Notes: generated by a model from the sequence alone, not told the origin. Positions 11,600 through 26,384 are shown, numbered from the whole stretch's first letter. The stretch: 58,316 nucleotides of DNA, filler included, from Dugesia japonica (GCA_001938525.1; 6 parts of 6 records of this genome joined end to end with filler, not necessarily neighbours in it); one strand, 5' to 3'. Numbers and translations are program-made.

Positions 11600-14091
11600 T
11601 TTACACCAATACTATTCCTTTGGCATTAATTTGAATTTCCTTTTTAAATACTCCATAAATTATAACATATTCCGATGATGGTAAATCTTTAGAAAACTTG
11701 ATATCTAATCTCAAATTTCCTTGTTGTGGTAATTGACTATGATTTATTAAGGGTATTCATAAGTTCACATCGTTTTAAGACGAATAATTTTTATTAATAT
11801 TATTACAAATAACACAGTACATTCAATCAAAATATTTTCGACAGTTATTTACAACTTTTTCCCATCTTTCGGGTAAAAGATGAATACACTTATGCAAAAA
11901 GTCTTTGCTATTGGATTGAATGAAGTTGTCGATGAATTTTTGTGCCTCTTCAATATTCTCGAATCGTGTGTCCGAAAGACTGTGCTGCATCGAACAAAAT
12001 AAGTGAAAATCTAACGGGGCTATATCTTGAGAATAAGCTGGGTGTGGTAGAACTTCTCATTTTAATTTCATCAATGTTTCTCGGATTTTAAATGCAGCAT
12101 GGGGTCTAGCATTGTCGTGCAGAAAAATTACTTTGTTCTGTTTTGTCGCATAATATAGCAGTTTTTCAATTAATTTCTATTCCAACTGCTTCAATTAGCA
12201 ATATACCAACAGTTTCTGATGGTTTTAACAGTTTATAATAAAGACGTTTATGCATGTTCCACCAGATACAACGAAGAGCTTTGTGATCATGAATATTTCG
12301 TTTCGGCTGTGATGTGCTTGGTTCACCAGGATTTAACCATGATCTTTTGCGATTGGGATTAGAAAAATATATCCACTTTTCGTCTCCGGTCACAATACGA
12401 TGCAAGAAATACTTTTGTTTGTGTCTATTAAGAAGCGAAAGACAAGTGGCGAGTCGGCTGGTAATGTTGTTCTCAGATAAATCATGGGGAACACATTTTC
12501 CTTCTTTCTGAATCTTTCTCAACTGATGTAACTGTTTAATTATGGTGCTCTGGTTTACATGTAACCTTCTTGCCAATTCTACACTCGATTGAGTAGAATC
12601 TTATTTCAAAAGTGCTTCCAAGTCATCCGAACTCATCTCACTGCGTTTTTTATAGTTCAAATCAAAATCACAGCTTTTGAAGGGTCGAAACCATTGACGA
12701 CATAAGCTCTCGGCTATTGCTTCATCACCATATGTATTGCAAATGATTCAAGTTGCTTCAGCTGATGTTTTGCTCTGATTAGACAGAAACAACATGCAGT
12801 GGCGTATATGCATTTTATCTACTTCCATTATAATTTCTGCAAATGATTTGGTAAACTTAAATTAATTATCAAATTAATGCTATAAATATAATCAATATTG
12901 ACTTATTTAAACAAAATACAAATTTTTAGATGTTATATTATTATTAATATTACTTAAATTCAACATATGCATAAGCGATGTAAACTTATGTATACCTCTA
13001 ATATATCAAAATCTGTAGAGAGAAAAAATGTAAAGAGATAATTGTCCATAAAATCTTGAAGTGTTTTTTCTCAATTCATATTCTTTTCCAAATATCACAT
13101 ATTTTGTACTATAAATCACATATATGTTGTTTTATAATTATTGTTTGAAAAGTCTTGAGTATATATTTCTTAATAATCAATGTTTTTTGTCAAGGAAACA
13201 GAAATAGCATCTAGTTTTTGAAATGTTGAACTCGAGCTTTTATAACTATCATTATATTGTTCTCCCCTTTGAAATGTAACCAGAATAAATCGATGATCCC
13301 CAAATATTTGTTCTTTATAAGACGATGAACTATCTTTACTAATTGTAAATGCAACCAAGCTTTTGGTTCTTATTGGATAAACAGCATTTTGCTTTTTTAG
13401 TCCCAATTTATGGGCAGCTAGTACTGAGGGTTTAATTTATACAGGTTTAGCTATTAATTTTACATCTAGTAATACAAATTTAGGTTTATTGGTGACAGAT
13501 TTCAAACAAATCTTAGAAGATGCTCGTTTTAATCGAATATGAACATTGACACTTGGAATAGGGTATTTTGGTTNATCAATGAAATCGATTTGTAATGAAC
13601 CACATAGAGACAATTGTTTTGATGTTCTAATGGACATTTTTTCTATTTTTTCTGATCCATATCTGATTGTTCTAAGACATATTCTTAATATCACTATTTT
13701 AATTTATTATAGTTTCAATTAATGCTTTTTAATTAATCCATTTCCACCTTCAATTTTGAAATTATTAAACAAAGGAATGACATCATTAAAAAGTATATGC
13801 AGCATATAGTTACTAGGAACCGCATAATGAGTGTCAGCCATATCTTTACTATCCTTATCAACTACCTTCAATTTAATATACAATAAAGTGTCATTTCTGT
13901 TTGAGAATTTTCTGTTTGAGATACATTTATTAAAGGTTCTACGTCACTTTGCGATTCTGAAGTTGAACTAATAGGAAAGACATCTTCAAAAGTACCACTA
14001 TCAATTTCAGCTTGTGTAGATGGTTGATCAAAAATACATAATTCAGTTTTACCTCAAATCATTTTTCAAATATTGTTCAATGTCCTCTCAT
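11600..14091 (-). pseudogene. Polinton major capsid protein, copy 2, interrupted by a mariner
   Basis: ORFs 13437-13694 and 13170-13406 plus C-terminus HSQLPQQGNLRLDIKFSKDLP...IYGVFKKEIQIN (11600-11744). Confidence 0.8.
11747..13001 (-). mobile_element. Mariner DNA transposon inserted in the MCP gene
   Basis: TIRs ttaagggtattcataagttcacatcg / cgatgtaaacttatgtatacctctaa with TA duplication; VPHDL, IVTGDEKWIY, HDNARPH and YSQDIAPLDFHLF motifs. Confidence 0.95.
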
Positions 14092-14142
14092 TCATTTGTT
14101 TATACGTGATGCATTTGATTGTTTTCGTTTTTTATTAGTCGG

Positions 14143-14480
14143 TTATGTTTTGTGTTGATTTGTTAGCATATTAGTTATTTCAGATAGTTTTTGATTTGTT
14201 ATACTTTGCGGTAATATACCAGTTACTTTTGAAATTGTATTGGTAACTTCATTAGGTAATGAAGAGATTACATTTCCAAATTCAGCTAATTCATTTGATT
14301 TCAATGATGAAAGTATTTTTCCATTATTAATTATTACATCATGATTAGTTTTCACACCAAAAGAACCAATACGTCCAGGAATAGTTAAAGCAAATCTATA
14401 TATTGTTCGTAACCAACCAGATCAATACTGTTTTCCAGGAAAGTAAGGTAATTCTCCACCTGCTTGACTAGAACTATACA
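14143..14480 (-). pseudogene. Small Polinton ORF (QAGG...GW motif), copy 2
   Basis: YSSSQAGGELPYFPGKQY*SGWLRTIYRFALTIPGRIGS continuing into ORF 14143-14355. Confidence 0.55.
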
Positions 14481-14489
14481 AAATTGATT

Positions 14490-15556
14490 AGTTTTCAACT
14501 ATCATCACGTATATTGATTTCTATATTGTGTATATATGATGAAGATATAGGTAAATACGTTGCACTTTCAACAATTATTTGAACTACTTTATCATTCTCA
14601 TGTTTTTTATCGATACTGATTTCAATAGAGGGACATTTACATCACCTACAACAATAGGTTCAACAATACTACAATAGATGAAAATTTNNNNNNNNNNNNN
14701 NNNNNNNNNNNNNNNNNNNNNNNNNNNNNNNNNNNNNNNNNNNNNNNNNNNNNATATTGCGATTCTTTTAATCCTTAGAAAATTGTTAAGATTTTATCGA
14801 ATTTAACACTTTTAGTTCTGCTTGACAATCTAAATTTAAATAGTCTATCTTGCTTTAATGAAAAATTTTTAAATAACATTGAAAGGTAATTATAATAATT
14901 TAGATAATCATTTAGTTGTTTTAAATTCTTTATATACAAATCGGTTTTAAATTGAGAATAATGTTTAGTTACAATTGCATAATAACATTTAATTTGATTT
15001 TTCAACGGTATCATCTTTTCTAAAGGTATGAAAATAAATAGCAAAAGATTTATCATCAAAGTTCTTACTAGTATCAATATTTATAATATTTCTCGATTTC
15101 TTAACTTGAGCCTTACTTGTCGAAAATCTTACCGAATTTTCTAAAGTACCCAATGATAAACTGTGAAATTTAATATCACTATTAAATGATATCATATTTT
15201 CGTTATTTTATTATATATCTGTTTACTTATTATTTTTATATTTATCTTGAGAATTAACAGTTAAGAGCACTGTTTTTTCTTTGTGGTTAATATCAATTAT
15301 TTGTTTCTTTCTCAATTAGTTTAGATCATTTATATTCAATCCTAAATTGACTGTAAATTAGCATGGCTGAATATACAAAGGTGAAATCCAGCATGTCTAC
15401 TTCCAATCACCATCCATGTAAATTGGATTTTGAAGCTCAACAATATAATTACTAACAGTATTATTTGGATGAACTAGTGGACTACTATTACTAAGTAAAA
15501 GTCTATAGAAATTATTTGATTTTGTTAGCCGCTACTATACTTTCTTCAGTTTCCAT
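14490..15556 (-). pseudogene. Polinton minor capsid (penton), copy 2
   Basis: N-terminus FYRLLLSNSSPLVHPNNTVSNYIVELQNPIYMDGDW; C-terminus FIYCSIVEPIVVGDVNVPLLK...YLPISSSYIHNIEINIRDD. Confidence 0.8.
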
Positions 15557-15719
15557 CTACAAATATTTATTAATAAGTTACAATTAAGTCTAGTGAAAAA
15601 TTTATTATAACAAAATAGCAATATTAAAATAATCAATTGTTTTAATTATTTTCTTTTTTTTTAATTGAAATTTCTTCAATTATTATTAAATTAAATTTTT
15701 ATGAAACTTTTCATAAAAT

Positions 15720-17263
15720 TATTCTGTATAACATTAAAACATCCTGACATCCCCCTTCCTTAAGAAATTTCAACTTTTCCACATTTCTGTATATTACTCT
15801 TCCTTGCTTATCTTCTAACTTGTACCTTCTTCAACGGATCTTTTCATTTATCTCGTATTAGCCATCGTATCTTACCTTGTCCTTTGACCGTACTTCGTTT
15901 ATCACCAATAACTTTCTGACCATTTTTTAAAAGCTCTGCGGGTTGGGTATAATTCTTTACTGATCAATTTTTCTTCTACGTCTTCATCTTTACATCGTCT
16001 ACATCTTTCTCTTCGAATCTCCTTTCCATAGACCATTGATGCTGGGCTAGTTTTAATCGTCTTTTGATATGTGGCGTTTATCATGAACTCTAATTCTTGA
16101 ATCTTTTCGTCCCAATTTGCTTTTCCTGATGTATTTATGCAGTTCTTGATGGTTCTGAACTGTCTCTCAACCTAGCCATTTGTCCAGTGGTGGTATGGGC
16201 TCGAGTAACATAGCTCTATGTCCATTCTGTATGCCATTTCCTTGAACGCCTTTGATTATGAGGTATTTCCGCAATCTTTATGTATCTCTTTTGGTGCTCC
16301 AAGCCGTAATATCCATTTTTCCATGATTATCCTGCATATAGTTTCCTCATCCTGCCTTCCTATGGCCGACAATGATATATATTTATTATAGTGATCTATT
16401 ATGGCTAGAATTTATTTCTTTCTCTGTAGTGTCTCTTTAAACGGTCCACATACATTGATATAGATCTTTTCAAATACATGATTAGCTTGCAGTGGTATTT
16501 TCTCCGTTTGTTATTGATGTGTACACTTTATTTTTTTTGGCAATCTTTGCATGTCCGTGTTGTCTCTTACTATTTCGCGTATCTTCAGCATATCATATTC
16601 ACTTGTAATATAATGTAACATCATTTTTTGACCCGCATGCATTAGTATAGTATGAATTTCTTTCATCCATTCTGATCTTTTCTCTTTTGGAATCCATATT
16701 TTGTCGCTTTTTGTTCTGACAATTCTTTTTTTTTATTATATATTCTGATCTTCCACCTTCGTAGATGTTCCTTATTATATTCTTTATTTCAACATTATCC
16801 TTCTTCCATTTGAACTCCGTATCCATTATCATCGTATACAGTCTTCTTGTTTTAATCTTACCTGTCATCGCCTCTTTATTCTGCATTTCACATTGCACAC
16901 AAGTTTCGCACTAGATTCTGGATAACATGTCCTCATTGGAATGTGCTTCTCCTTTTGTGTATTGAATATCCATATCCAAACTACTTAAGTAGTTTATCCA
17001 GTTCTGAAACTGTGCGGTTTCGTAGGATGAATCGTCTACCGTATAAATAATGTCGGAAATTATTACAAAAGTAGTATTTTGCCAACAATTCTTTCCTAGT
17101 TATGCAATATTCTTTTTCATTTACATTCATTGTATGGGATCTGTACGCGATTACTCTTTCTCGACCTTTCTCATCCAGTTGTGATTGCACAGCCCCGATG
17201 ATATTAAAACTTGCATCAGTGTCTAATATGAAATCTTTATTTATGTCTGGAAAACGTAGCGCT
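15720..17263 (-). mobile_element. Ty3/Gypsy LTR retrotransposon 3' part (RNase H, integrase, PPT, start of 3' LTR), decayed
   Basis: FILDTDAS...RERVIAYRS...YCITRKELLA...RHYLYGRRF; integrase GPF...IIDHY and SPYHHWTNG*VERQFRT; PPT AAGGAAGGGGGA (15750-15761) followed by TG. Confidence 0.9.
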
Positions 17264-17786
17264 NNNNNNNNNNNNNNNNNNNNNNNNNNNNNNNNNNNNN
17301 NNNNNNNTTAATTAATTAANNNNNNNNNNNNNNNNNNNNNNNNNNNNNNNNNNNNNNNNNNNNTCATTGTAAAGTTTCATAAATGAATGAATCTGTAATC
17401 GCAAAAAAACAATAATTGCTGGTACTATTAAATGAATCACAATGAAAATTTATGTAGAAATAGTAGTTCAGTGTTAAAAGCAAATATAAGATAAGGTTAA
17501 ATGAAAAAACGCGTTTAAGAAACATTTGTAATCTTATCAAATAAATGCTTTATTTTGGACAAATGTACATCAAAAATGTCTTTGACAGTTTGAAGATTAT
17601 TAATTATCACATAGACTTTAGTAAAATATTGCTATTTTTTGTTATATTTTTATATAACAATTAAAGTATTAATTAGATATAAATTTAAAATTTATTAAAA
17701 AATCTAAAATCATTATAGAATTTCTGCTAATATTAATAGAGATTAAAATATTGCATCACAGATTTTAAGTTTTTGAGAAATAAAAT

Positions 17787-17794
17787 ATTATTAA

Positions 17795-17836
<42 letters not shown>

Positions 17837-17907
17837 CATTATTATTATTATTATTATNNNNNNNNNNNNNNNNNNNNNNNNNNNNNNNNNNNNNNNNNNN
17901 NNNNNNN

Positions 17908-17972
<65 letters not shown>
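17787..17972. repeat. (ATT)n microsatellite spanning a gap
   Basis: Long ATT run. Confidence 0.95.
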
Positions 17973-17973
<1 letters not shown>

Positions 17974-19124
17974 GTATATTAATTTCTAGAAGAATTTCTG
18001 CACAACGAGTTTAAATAATACTATTATTGGATTTAAATTGAAATGAAGAGTAAAAAAATCAGACAATAAACTCAAGTGCTGAAATAAATAGAAATACAAA
18101 TGTGAGAGGTCCAGCAATAAAGCATGAACCAAAAAGAAAAGGTAGAAGCACGCAAACAATTACACTCGGAGAAACAAATATTAGTGATAAGTGATAAAAC
18201 CAGAATCAATAATGAGAAATCGAATAAAAAGTGAAAACCCTTATAACTATGAGCTATTACTAACTAGACAAAATTAAATATAAAGTAAGAAACGTTGCAC
18301 CAAATTAAAGGAGAATATGTTAAATCATGCCCAGGTAGTATGAAAGAAAACAGTTATGAAATCAAGGATTTTAATTGTTAAATTGCTTCTTTAAGTAAAT
18401 TCATTGATGCGTTATTCGCAATGTAAGATTTAATAGTTTTGGTGAAATCAAAAGTTTATTATATCAATAACTTGCTTCTTTCAAATTCTTCTGTCTTTAT
18501 TTGATTGTTAGCTTCCAAAATTTCCTTCTGCTATTTATCTGTTTTATATAATTAATTTAACTAATTTTTTATTACACTTTTTTTTACATTTCAATAAATT
18601 TGATAACAAAATCAAACCAATTTCTTATAATAAAAAAATTTGTATTAAAAAGTTTTACACTAAACATTTGCATTGAAAAACTTTTGTAATTAAACATTTT
18701 AATTTAGAAATTTCTACAATAAAATATTTAAAACATTAAAATTTTACGCTTTTTTAAAAATACCTAATAATAATCATTTTGAACGAATTAAAAATAGAAC
18801 AGAGTAATGTATCAATTAGAAAATGCTTATTAAAAATGCTAATTTAATTTTTCTCAAATTTTTTAATTAAAAAAAACATTAACAAATTTTAAAAATTTAT
18901 AAATCTCCTCATATCCTGGTCTTAAGAAAATTTCTAAGTTTTTCCTCATTTGATTAGATTTGCCTCCCATTATCATTTTTTTAAAATATATAATCTGTCA
19001 AAAACTTTCTAGATCATTTTTTATGTTCCCTCATATTTCTCTTGATTTTCGTTACATTTTTTACTTTAACTAAAACATTGAAAATTTGTTCTTCTAGTTT
19101 TATTTTTATTTTTTTCTTTAGATC

Positions 19125-20310
19125 ATAAGTCGGAAACGACGGCTCTTTGGTTTCTTAAATGTTGTTCTGCCACAAATAACCACTTGTTTGTGTGCAGGAA
19201 CGCGTGACCTATGCACGAGTTGAGTCAGTCAGTTTTATTGTGTATAGTGGTCAGTGATCATCATATCCAGAAATTACATGTTGGTAACAAAAGTTACCAA
19301 TTAATCAAAGCATAAAGTTATCTGCATTTTTCCAACCAGCTGAAAATCCTATAAATAATTTTGTCATCCATTTAAAAATTGTAATTATTTTTAGATGGCA
19401 CAATTATAAAACAATAGTAATAAAATAAATGTTATATGCAACCTATTTGAGACAGCTTCAATGAAAAACGAAAGATTAATACCATGAATTGAAAGTTGTT
19501 TAGATTGAGACTTTTGAGTTGTTTCAAAACTTAAATGACCTTCAGATCTGACTTATTTGCCAAGAAAATTGGTGAATAACAAACTTTATTTGGAAACACT
19601 TTACAACTAAACAGCTAGCACTAAATATACTATTGGTGATGCAAGAAAGAAAGCAGTTAAGGAACTTCGGAAGAGTCAGGAAAAATTAAGTTCTGCTTTT
19701 AATTACTTAATGCAATGTTCCAAGAATAATAATATTACAGGTTTTGTGGTTAAAGTTTAGAGAGGAAGGCCATACACAGACGGCAAATAAACTAAAAGTT
19801 GTTTCATAAAAAATTAAGAACAAAGCAGATATTCTAAAAAATAAAAAAAATTAAAAATGCGAAGGATGGAATAATCAAAAAGTATTCGAATATAACAAAC
19901 CAAGTCAAAGATTTTAAATTATTAACTACTTTATAGCTACAGCTCTGAATCACCGCGAATATAAAGAATTTTTAGTTGAAATTGAAAGTGACTACGGGGG
20001 TCTTTTGCTGAATAACAAGGTAGGTTAGTTATCAAAAGGAAAAAATTTAAAACATATCGCTTGCTTATAAATAAAAAAAAAGCATTTATCCTTGAGAAGG
20101 ATGTTCCCGATTCAGAATTAACGGACGAACAATAGATCCAAAAGTTTTATTTCGTGAATTACGTAACGTTTCATCTAAATCAGCTCTATCCGTAGACTAC
20201 ATGGGAAAGAAAATATAATTTTTTCTGTTCGAAGAAGTTATTTCCTTTGACAACAAATAATCCGCTTTTTCACAAGATTTGGAAAAACAAACTTTGATTT
20301 GCTTAGACTA
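19125..20310 (+). mobile_element. hAT transposase remnant (Buster/SPIN, GTF2IRD2-like)
   Basis: ~19940-20050 translates ALNHREYKEFLVEIESDYGGLLLNNKVG*LSKGK (consensus LNHRxF...VRWLSRG); many stops; ends approximate. Confidence 0.7.
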
Positions 20311-21582
20311 TGTATCTTTCATAATAAAATACCATTCTTAGCCTCGCCTTAAATCCTTCTTCTTTTGTAGTATTTTGGCATACACTTTTAATAGATCTTC
20401 ATTAATAATACATGACGTTAGTTCCTCTTGTTCACTTCTGACTTCGAGATACATCTCACATCTTTTAATAAAACACTTTTGACAACAGTCTTTAAATGAT
20501 TTCGCCTATGTTTACAGCTGCTGTCTCGTTAGTAAAAACTCCTACAGTAGCTTGAATATTTTAATCACAGTCAGTGAATATTGAATTCAAAAGATAAATA
20601 AATAATAACTATTATGAAAACAAATTTACCTTTTTAATTTTGTATTTTTTAATTTTAAATATTTCAAATCAAATTTTTTTATTTCTATTTTAAATTTTAT
20701 TTTATTTTTTGTAAAAAAATGTCAACAAATTTTAAAAAATTACATCTTTAATCATAATTTAGTTTAATTTTTCTAATAAAAATAATCTCTTTAAATTTAC
20801 AAAAATTTCATTTCATTTTTCACTGAAAAAAATGTTTCCTTTATTTTAGTTTTGAAATTGTATTTTCGTCCAATATTTCGACTTAAAGTTCATAAATGAA
20901 TCCCCTTGAAAATTTAATAAATGAGATTGTTTGACTTAAAATTTTGCAATCGTATCTACAGAAGAATAATTTTTTTTTACATGATAACTGTTTAAGGCCA
21001 AGCTACGAATGGCATTCCATTACGAAAGAAACTTAGTCATGGATTTAGATAGTGGCTCGAGAAGGGAACTAGTTATGTTTTTCGTTTACGCTCGAAATTC
21101 TGCCGAAATAAATTTATTGTCGTTTTCTATTTAATATTTTATATTCAAATTAGGCTATATATATATATATATTAACATGATAGATTTTAGTTCACTGTAG
21201 CAATAAATGCAATTTTTAACCTCTAAAAATTTCAATTTTTATTTCAACTACTTTTCAATTTTGTATTAATTTAATAGCTAAGTCACAATATTAGTGAGTT
21301 ACGTCCTTTTATTATCCGAAAGTAATTGATGAGTGAAAAATGTCTTTAATCTCTTATTGTTTAATCAAGAAAATTCTAAGTGACCATTTGAATTTTTAAA
21401 TATTTTACATGGTGAATTAAATGACAAAATATACAAACTAATTTTTTGTGTTGCACTTTTTGAATATTAATCATCAAATTTCTAACAGAAACAATAGCAA
21501 CAGTAAAAGCAGCAATAAGAATAATAATAGTAGTAAGAAAAATAATAATTACAAAATAATAGTAAAGTAATAATAGTTAAGT

Positions 21583-21583
21583 A

Positions 21584-21650
<67 letters not shown>
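21583..21650. repeat. (AAT)n microsatellite
   Basis: Perfect AAT run. Confidence 0.95.
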
Positions 21651-24600
21651 NNNNNNNNNNNNNNNNNNNNNNNNNNNNNNNNNNNNNNNNNNNNNNNNNN
21701 NNNNNNNNNNNNNNNNNNNNNNNNNNNNNNNNNNNNNNNNNNNNNNNNNNNNNNNNNNNNNNNNNNNNNNNNNNNNNNNNNNNNNNNNNNNNNNNNNNNN
21801 NNNNTTTAAATATTTATAATAAGAAACAAGTCTAATATGAATCTATACCCTCTAATATGTCAAATTTGTCACCACGCGTATAAATGTAAAATTGGAAATT
21901 TGGCTATAACAATTAAACATTTGATCAGTATCATATTTATATTTGTAAAAAAACGGAGCATTTACAAACAAAAGAGTAGCATTTGTGACCTTAATATTTT
22001 TGTTCAATAGCACTAACTTTTTTAATATTTATTTGTTCTGTAATCGATTGTTATGTAACCTTTTATTTATACGAAAACTTCATTAGCAATCATCCTAAAA
22101 TTTTATTTTATAAAGAATATTTTAATAGAATCTTTAAAAATACAATTTTAGAAATCTTGTATCCCGGTATATTTCAATTTTGTATAATTATAGTTAAAAC
22201 TAAAATTGAAAAAGAGCATAAATCAAATTTACTTTGAAAAACAATTTATTATTTAAAACAGTTATAAAATAAATATTTAAAATTAATTAAATTTTTCTCG
22301 TTTACTATATAAGCATGGTTTATGACTATATTATAAATCTCATCAATAATATATAATTATTATAAAAATCTTATGGCTTGCATTATCAGCCATGAATAAT
22401 TAGATTGAAATAATTTCAAAACCTTTAACAAAAATTAATTTAAATTGAAGTTTTAATTTACAATTGAAAGTTTGTAATTACAGAATTTATAGTTTAGCAA
22501 TTGAAAAACTGTTCCTAAAGAATATTGTTATGTATCTGCAGAAAAAAAAAAGAAAGTTGATCCATACCATTTATTGAAAGATTATTAAATAAATATAGTA
22601 ATAAAGTAATATTACATAATCATTACTAAAAACTTCGAAAAAAAAATCTTTGAAATTCATGATAAATAAAAAAGTTACACTTATTACACTTAACACTAAT
22701 CTATTTTATGTAAAATTTAGTTGATAAGTTACTAATGTAAATAATTTGAAACATTAAAATTAATCTATTAATGAAAATTCCTTTTAACATTTTACAATCA
22801 ATTTAAAAATTGTAATTACTACCAAAAAAATTCTTCCTTATCAATGTAAAGGTGATAGCGCACTGTATCACTTATAATGATAATCGGCTTAGTTATAATT
22901 ATAAAAAATAATGATATTTAGAACATTTTCGTACCATTCGACTTAAAAATAAAACTGCCTATATATTGCTTAAAGAATTACTATCGAAAATCTAAATTTT
23001 AATTTTGTAAATATAAAGTGTATTAGTAGATGGCATTTTTAGCATTTTCACAGTCTATAATTTCTTGTCTCTGAATTTCCAACAAATAAAATGAAAATTT
23101 TGATAAAAAAATGAATTTTTATGTCGCATAACCCGATATAAGTTCCTTTCACTATTTAAAACAATTATATACTTTGTTGTGCCCTTTAGAAATAGTTAAA
23201 TTCATTCATTTTCCAATGTTACACAAAGTTTTATTAAAAAATTTTCACTGACTTAGTTTCATGATATTTTTCTAAAATTTTCATCCAAGCATTCATGAAT
23301 AACATTTGTTTCTCTTGAGCTAATCAAATCAATTCAACACAATCTCTTATTAAAATGATGACATTTTTAGCCACTAAACATTTGTAGTAATTCAAAAATT
23401 TGTCAAAAAATAGTTATTTATAAAAAAATTAAAACTACAATTTATTTAACTAATTCACAAAAGATCCCTCATCAATATTTACATTGATATTTTAAAATTT
23501 AGTAAACGTGATAAAATATGCGAACGGGCAATATAAATCAACTTAAGTACATCAATACGCAATTACATAAATCTCAATCATGTAATCATAACAAAGTAAA
23601 ATTATAATCGCGCGTTCCTTACGCAAGGTAATCTATAATAAATCAGTAATAGACTTTTTCATTAAACACCATTAACATTTAGAATATTTAGCATTGAAAT
23701 AATTAAATTTTAAAAAGCAGAATGAATTTTAAAATGTTTTATTAGGTTTTCGAATACTTTTTGAAATAAATTGTCACTTAATAATGCATAAAAATAATTT
23801 TGCAACATCTAAAGTAATATTTGTACATTACTTAAATTCATTTAATAATTATACTCGATTTCTATTGATACTTTAATCAATAGAAAAATATGTGGAATGT
23901 GCAAAACATCTGATCCAATAGTAACGAAAATACAACATTATTCGTATTTGATTATGAATGTTGCAATTACATCTGTTTGACTAGCAGTGTGTATTAATTG
24001 GTCTATATAAATCGCTTGCAATATACTGTCAAAATACAGAGGTTTTTCTTATGTTTATTCACACACCAACACTAAGTATAAGCGGTTACTTGCAGTAGAA
24101 AGAATATCATAATGAGAAAATGAAAGAACTACCAGTATAATAATTTTGTAAAAAAAAGCATCGAATCAAATTTCTCATCATAAAATCTGTATTTGTTAAA
24201 AGCTGATAATAATCTTGCAATTTATAACCATAAAAAATATCTTATTGTTGTTTCTTTCGTTAAAATAAATGTTACAGATAAAAGATTAATCAACAGAGAT
24301 TTCATAGTAATAAGATCTGACATTTAAGATCTAAGTGTATTTGTAGATCAATTAACATTCTTGTATTTATTAAAAAAATATTAATTCAAACAATGTCAGA
24401 TTAAATCATCAGATTATTATAGTACAGGCGTATTTTAATTAAATATGTTCATAATTGATTATTTTAATAAAATATTAATAGAAATCTATTTTGAACACTT
24501 AACATAGTGAATTTAATTTATAATTAAATGTTAAATTCGACAGATAAAAAGAATGTTTAAAAAAATCAATAAATAACATAGCATAAAGCAGTTTTGTTTT

Positions 24601-26351
24601 GATAAAATTTAAATTATAATAACGCAATTTCTCTAGTTTTATGTTAATTACAAAAGTTATTGTTTATTTTTACTATTTGAATTAAGAATTTTATTAGTTA
24701 AAAAAATGTTAATAACAAATATTTATCAGTATTGAAAAACTAATAATAAAAATATAGCTTAAACAAGTTTTCATGACATTATCTAATTAAAAAATAAATT
24801 CTAAATCGTTACTTTAAAATATATAATTATTGACTTGTTATTTTTTCAATGTTTTTTATTCTTTTAAAGTGATATCCAAAATTAATTTTGTTAAAATCGT
24901 CAAAGGAAATCTCAATATATAGAGTGTGTAAAATTCTTTACAAATTAATTTCATTAATGAAATTGTTTAATATTAATAGCAGCTATAATTGAATAAAATT
25001 TGTTTTGTAGGAATGTTATAAATGATTTTATTTAATGATAAATATTCTTTTGATATTTTATGAAATAATATTTCATGTTAATCAAAGTATTTTAAATGGA
25101 TAAAATCAATAAACAACCAAATTGAAATAATAAAAAAAATGAAAGCGAGATTACTACAGAGAAATATTTGTAACACATTATTTAACTAATTATTCTAGGT
25201 CATGGATCGAGAAAATATCAATTCATTAGTTAGGCGTGTTTCATACTTTGACACATAAAAAAACAGAAACGAAAATAAATATGTAGGTTATATTTAAACC
25301 AATAACAAATCGCCGATACCAAAAATAAACAATTTTTTTAACCACCATTAAATTTTTAAAAATTTGTTTTTTACTGAAGATTATTATAAAATGATTTTGA
25401 AATTAAAATAAATAATTATTTCAACATGATTTAAAAATTATGTTACTTTGTTTTGAATTTATTCACAAATAAAATCAGAAATATTTTAACTCGTTATTAT
25501 TCATAAAACATCATCTACGTTAATATAAATAAAATAATTTTCTAAATAATAAAGTGGGAATATTCGCTAAACATAAACATATTCCGGTAATTTAGAATAG
25601 AAATGCACGAATTATAATCATACACCATCCAGTACTTGCATTATTTTTTACCCTTCATGACTGAATTATTTTAATTAACAGATTTATTTTGATGTCTTAG
25701 ATTCCCTTCTAGTTACAACGATTGATATTCACAACTATCACGTGTTTCCATCTTCTAATGATTTAGTGAANNNNNNNNNNNNNNNNNNNNNNNNNNNNNN
25801 NNNNNNNNNNNNNNNNNNNNNNNNNNNATTATATGTACCTAACGGGACTTGAAAAAAAGAATTAAAATGAACATGTTTTCAGTTTCATAAAAACCATTTA
25901 TATTCAAAACCGTTTAACCATTATAACAAATTTTATATTATTTCCCAGTAATATAGAATACCATTTATACGGTTAGAATCATTGTGTTAGGAATATCATT
26001 TTAATAGAAGAATAAAAAGTACATTATTAAACTCATTATATTAATNNNNNNNNNNNNNNNNNNNNNNNNNNNNNNNNNNNNNNNNNNNNTTAATTAATTA
26101 ANNNNNNNNNNNNNNNNNNNNNNNNNNNNNNNNNNNNNNNNNNNNTAAAAATACATTTTAAATATTTAAAAATAAATAATTCGAAAATTTGAATTTCTTT
26201 AAAAATACATTTTATTTTGATCGAAGCTTTTTATTTATTTTAATACAATTTACATAAATGTGATGAAAATTAATTTTTATTGGTTTGAAATTATAACATT
26301 AAATTCATCTAATATCATTTAGATATTTATAACCACATTAATTGAACAATA

Positions 26352-26384
26352 GTTCCTGAAGAAGGCATAGTCAAAATATTGAAC
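26352..26384 (+). ncRNA. Degenerate minimal hammerhead motif
   Basis: gttc-CTGAAGA-A-GGC-ata-GTC-AAAA-ta-TT-gaac; GAAA changed to AAAA. Confidence 0.5.

Noticed and set aside
17773-17982. Poly-Leu ORF (also poly-Asn/poly-Ile ORFs at 29772-30074, 29796-30056 and 42740-42937)
   Set aside because: Translations of (AAT/ATT)n microsatellites and N gaps
20330-20570. Gypsy gag-like fragment (FIKRCEMYLEV, minus strand)
   Set aside because: Too short, with no LTR or PBS support
20600-26045. Hidden genes in the long AT-rich stretch
   Set aside because: No ORF of 60 aa or more, and no motif or structured repeat that I could support
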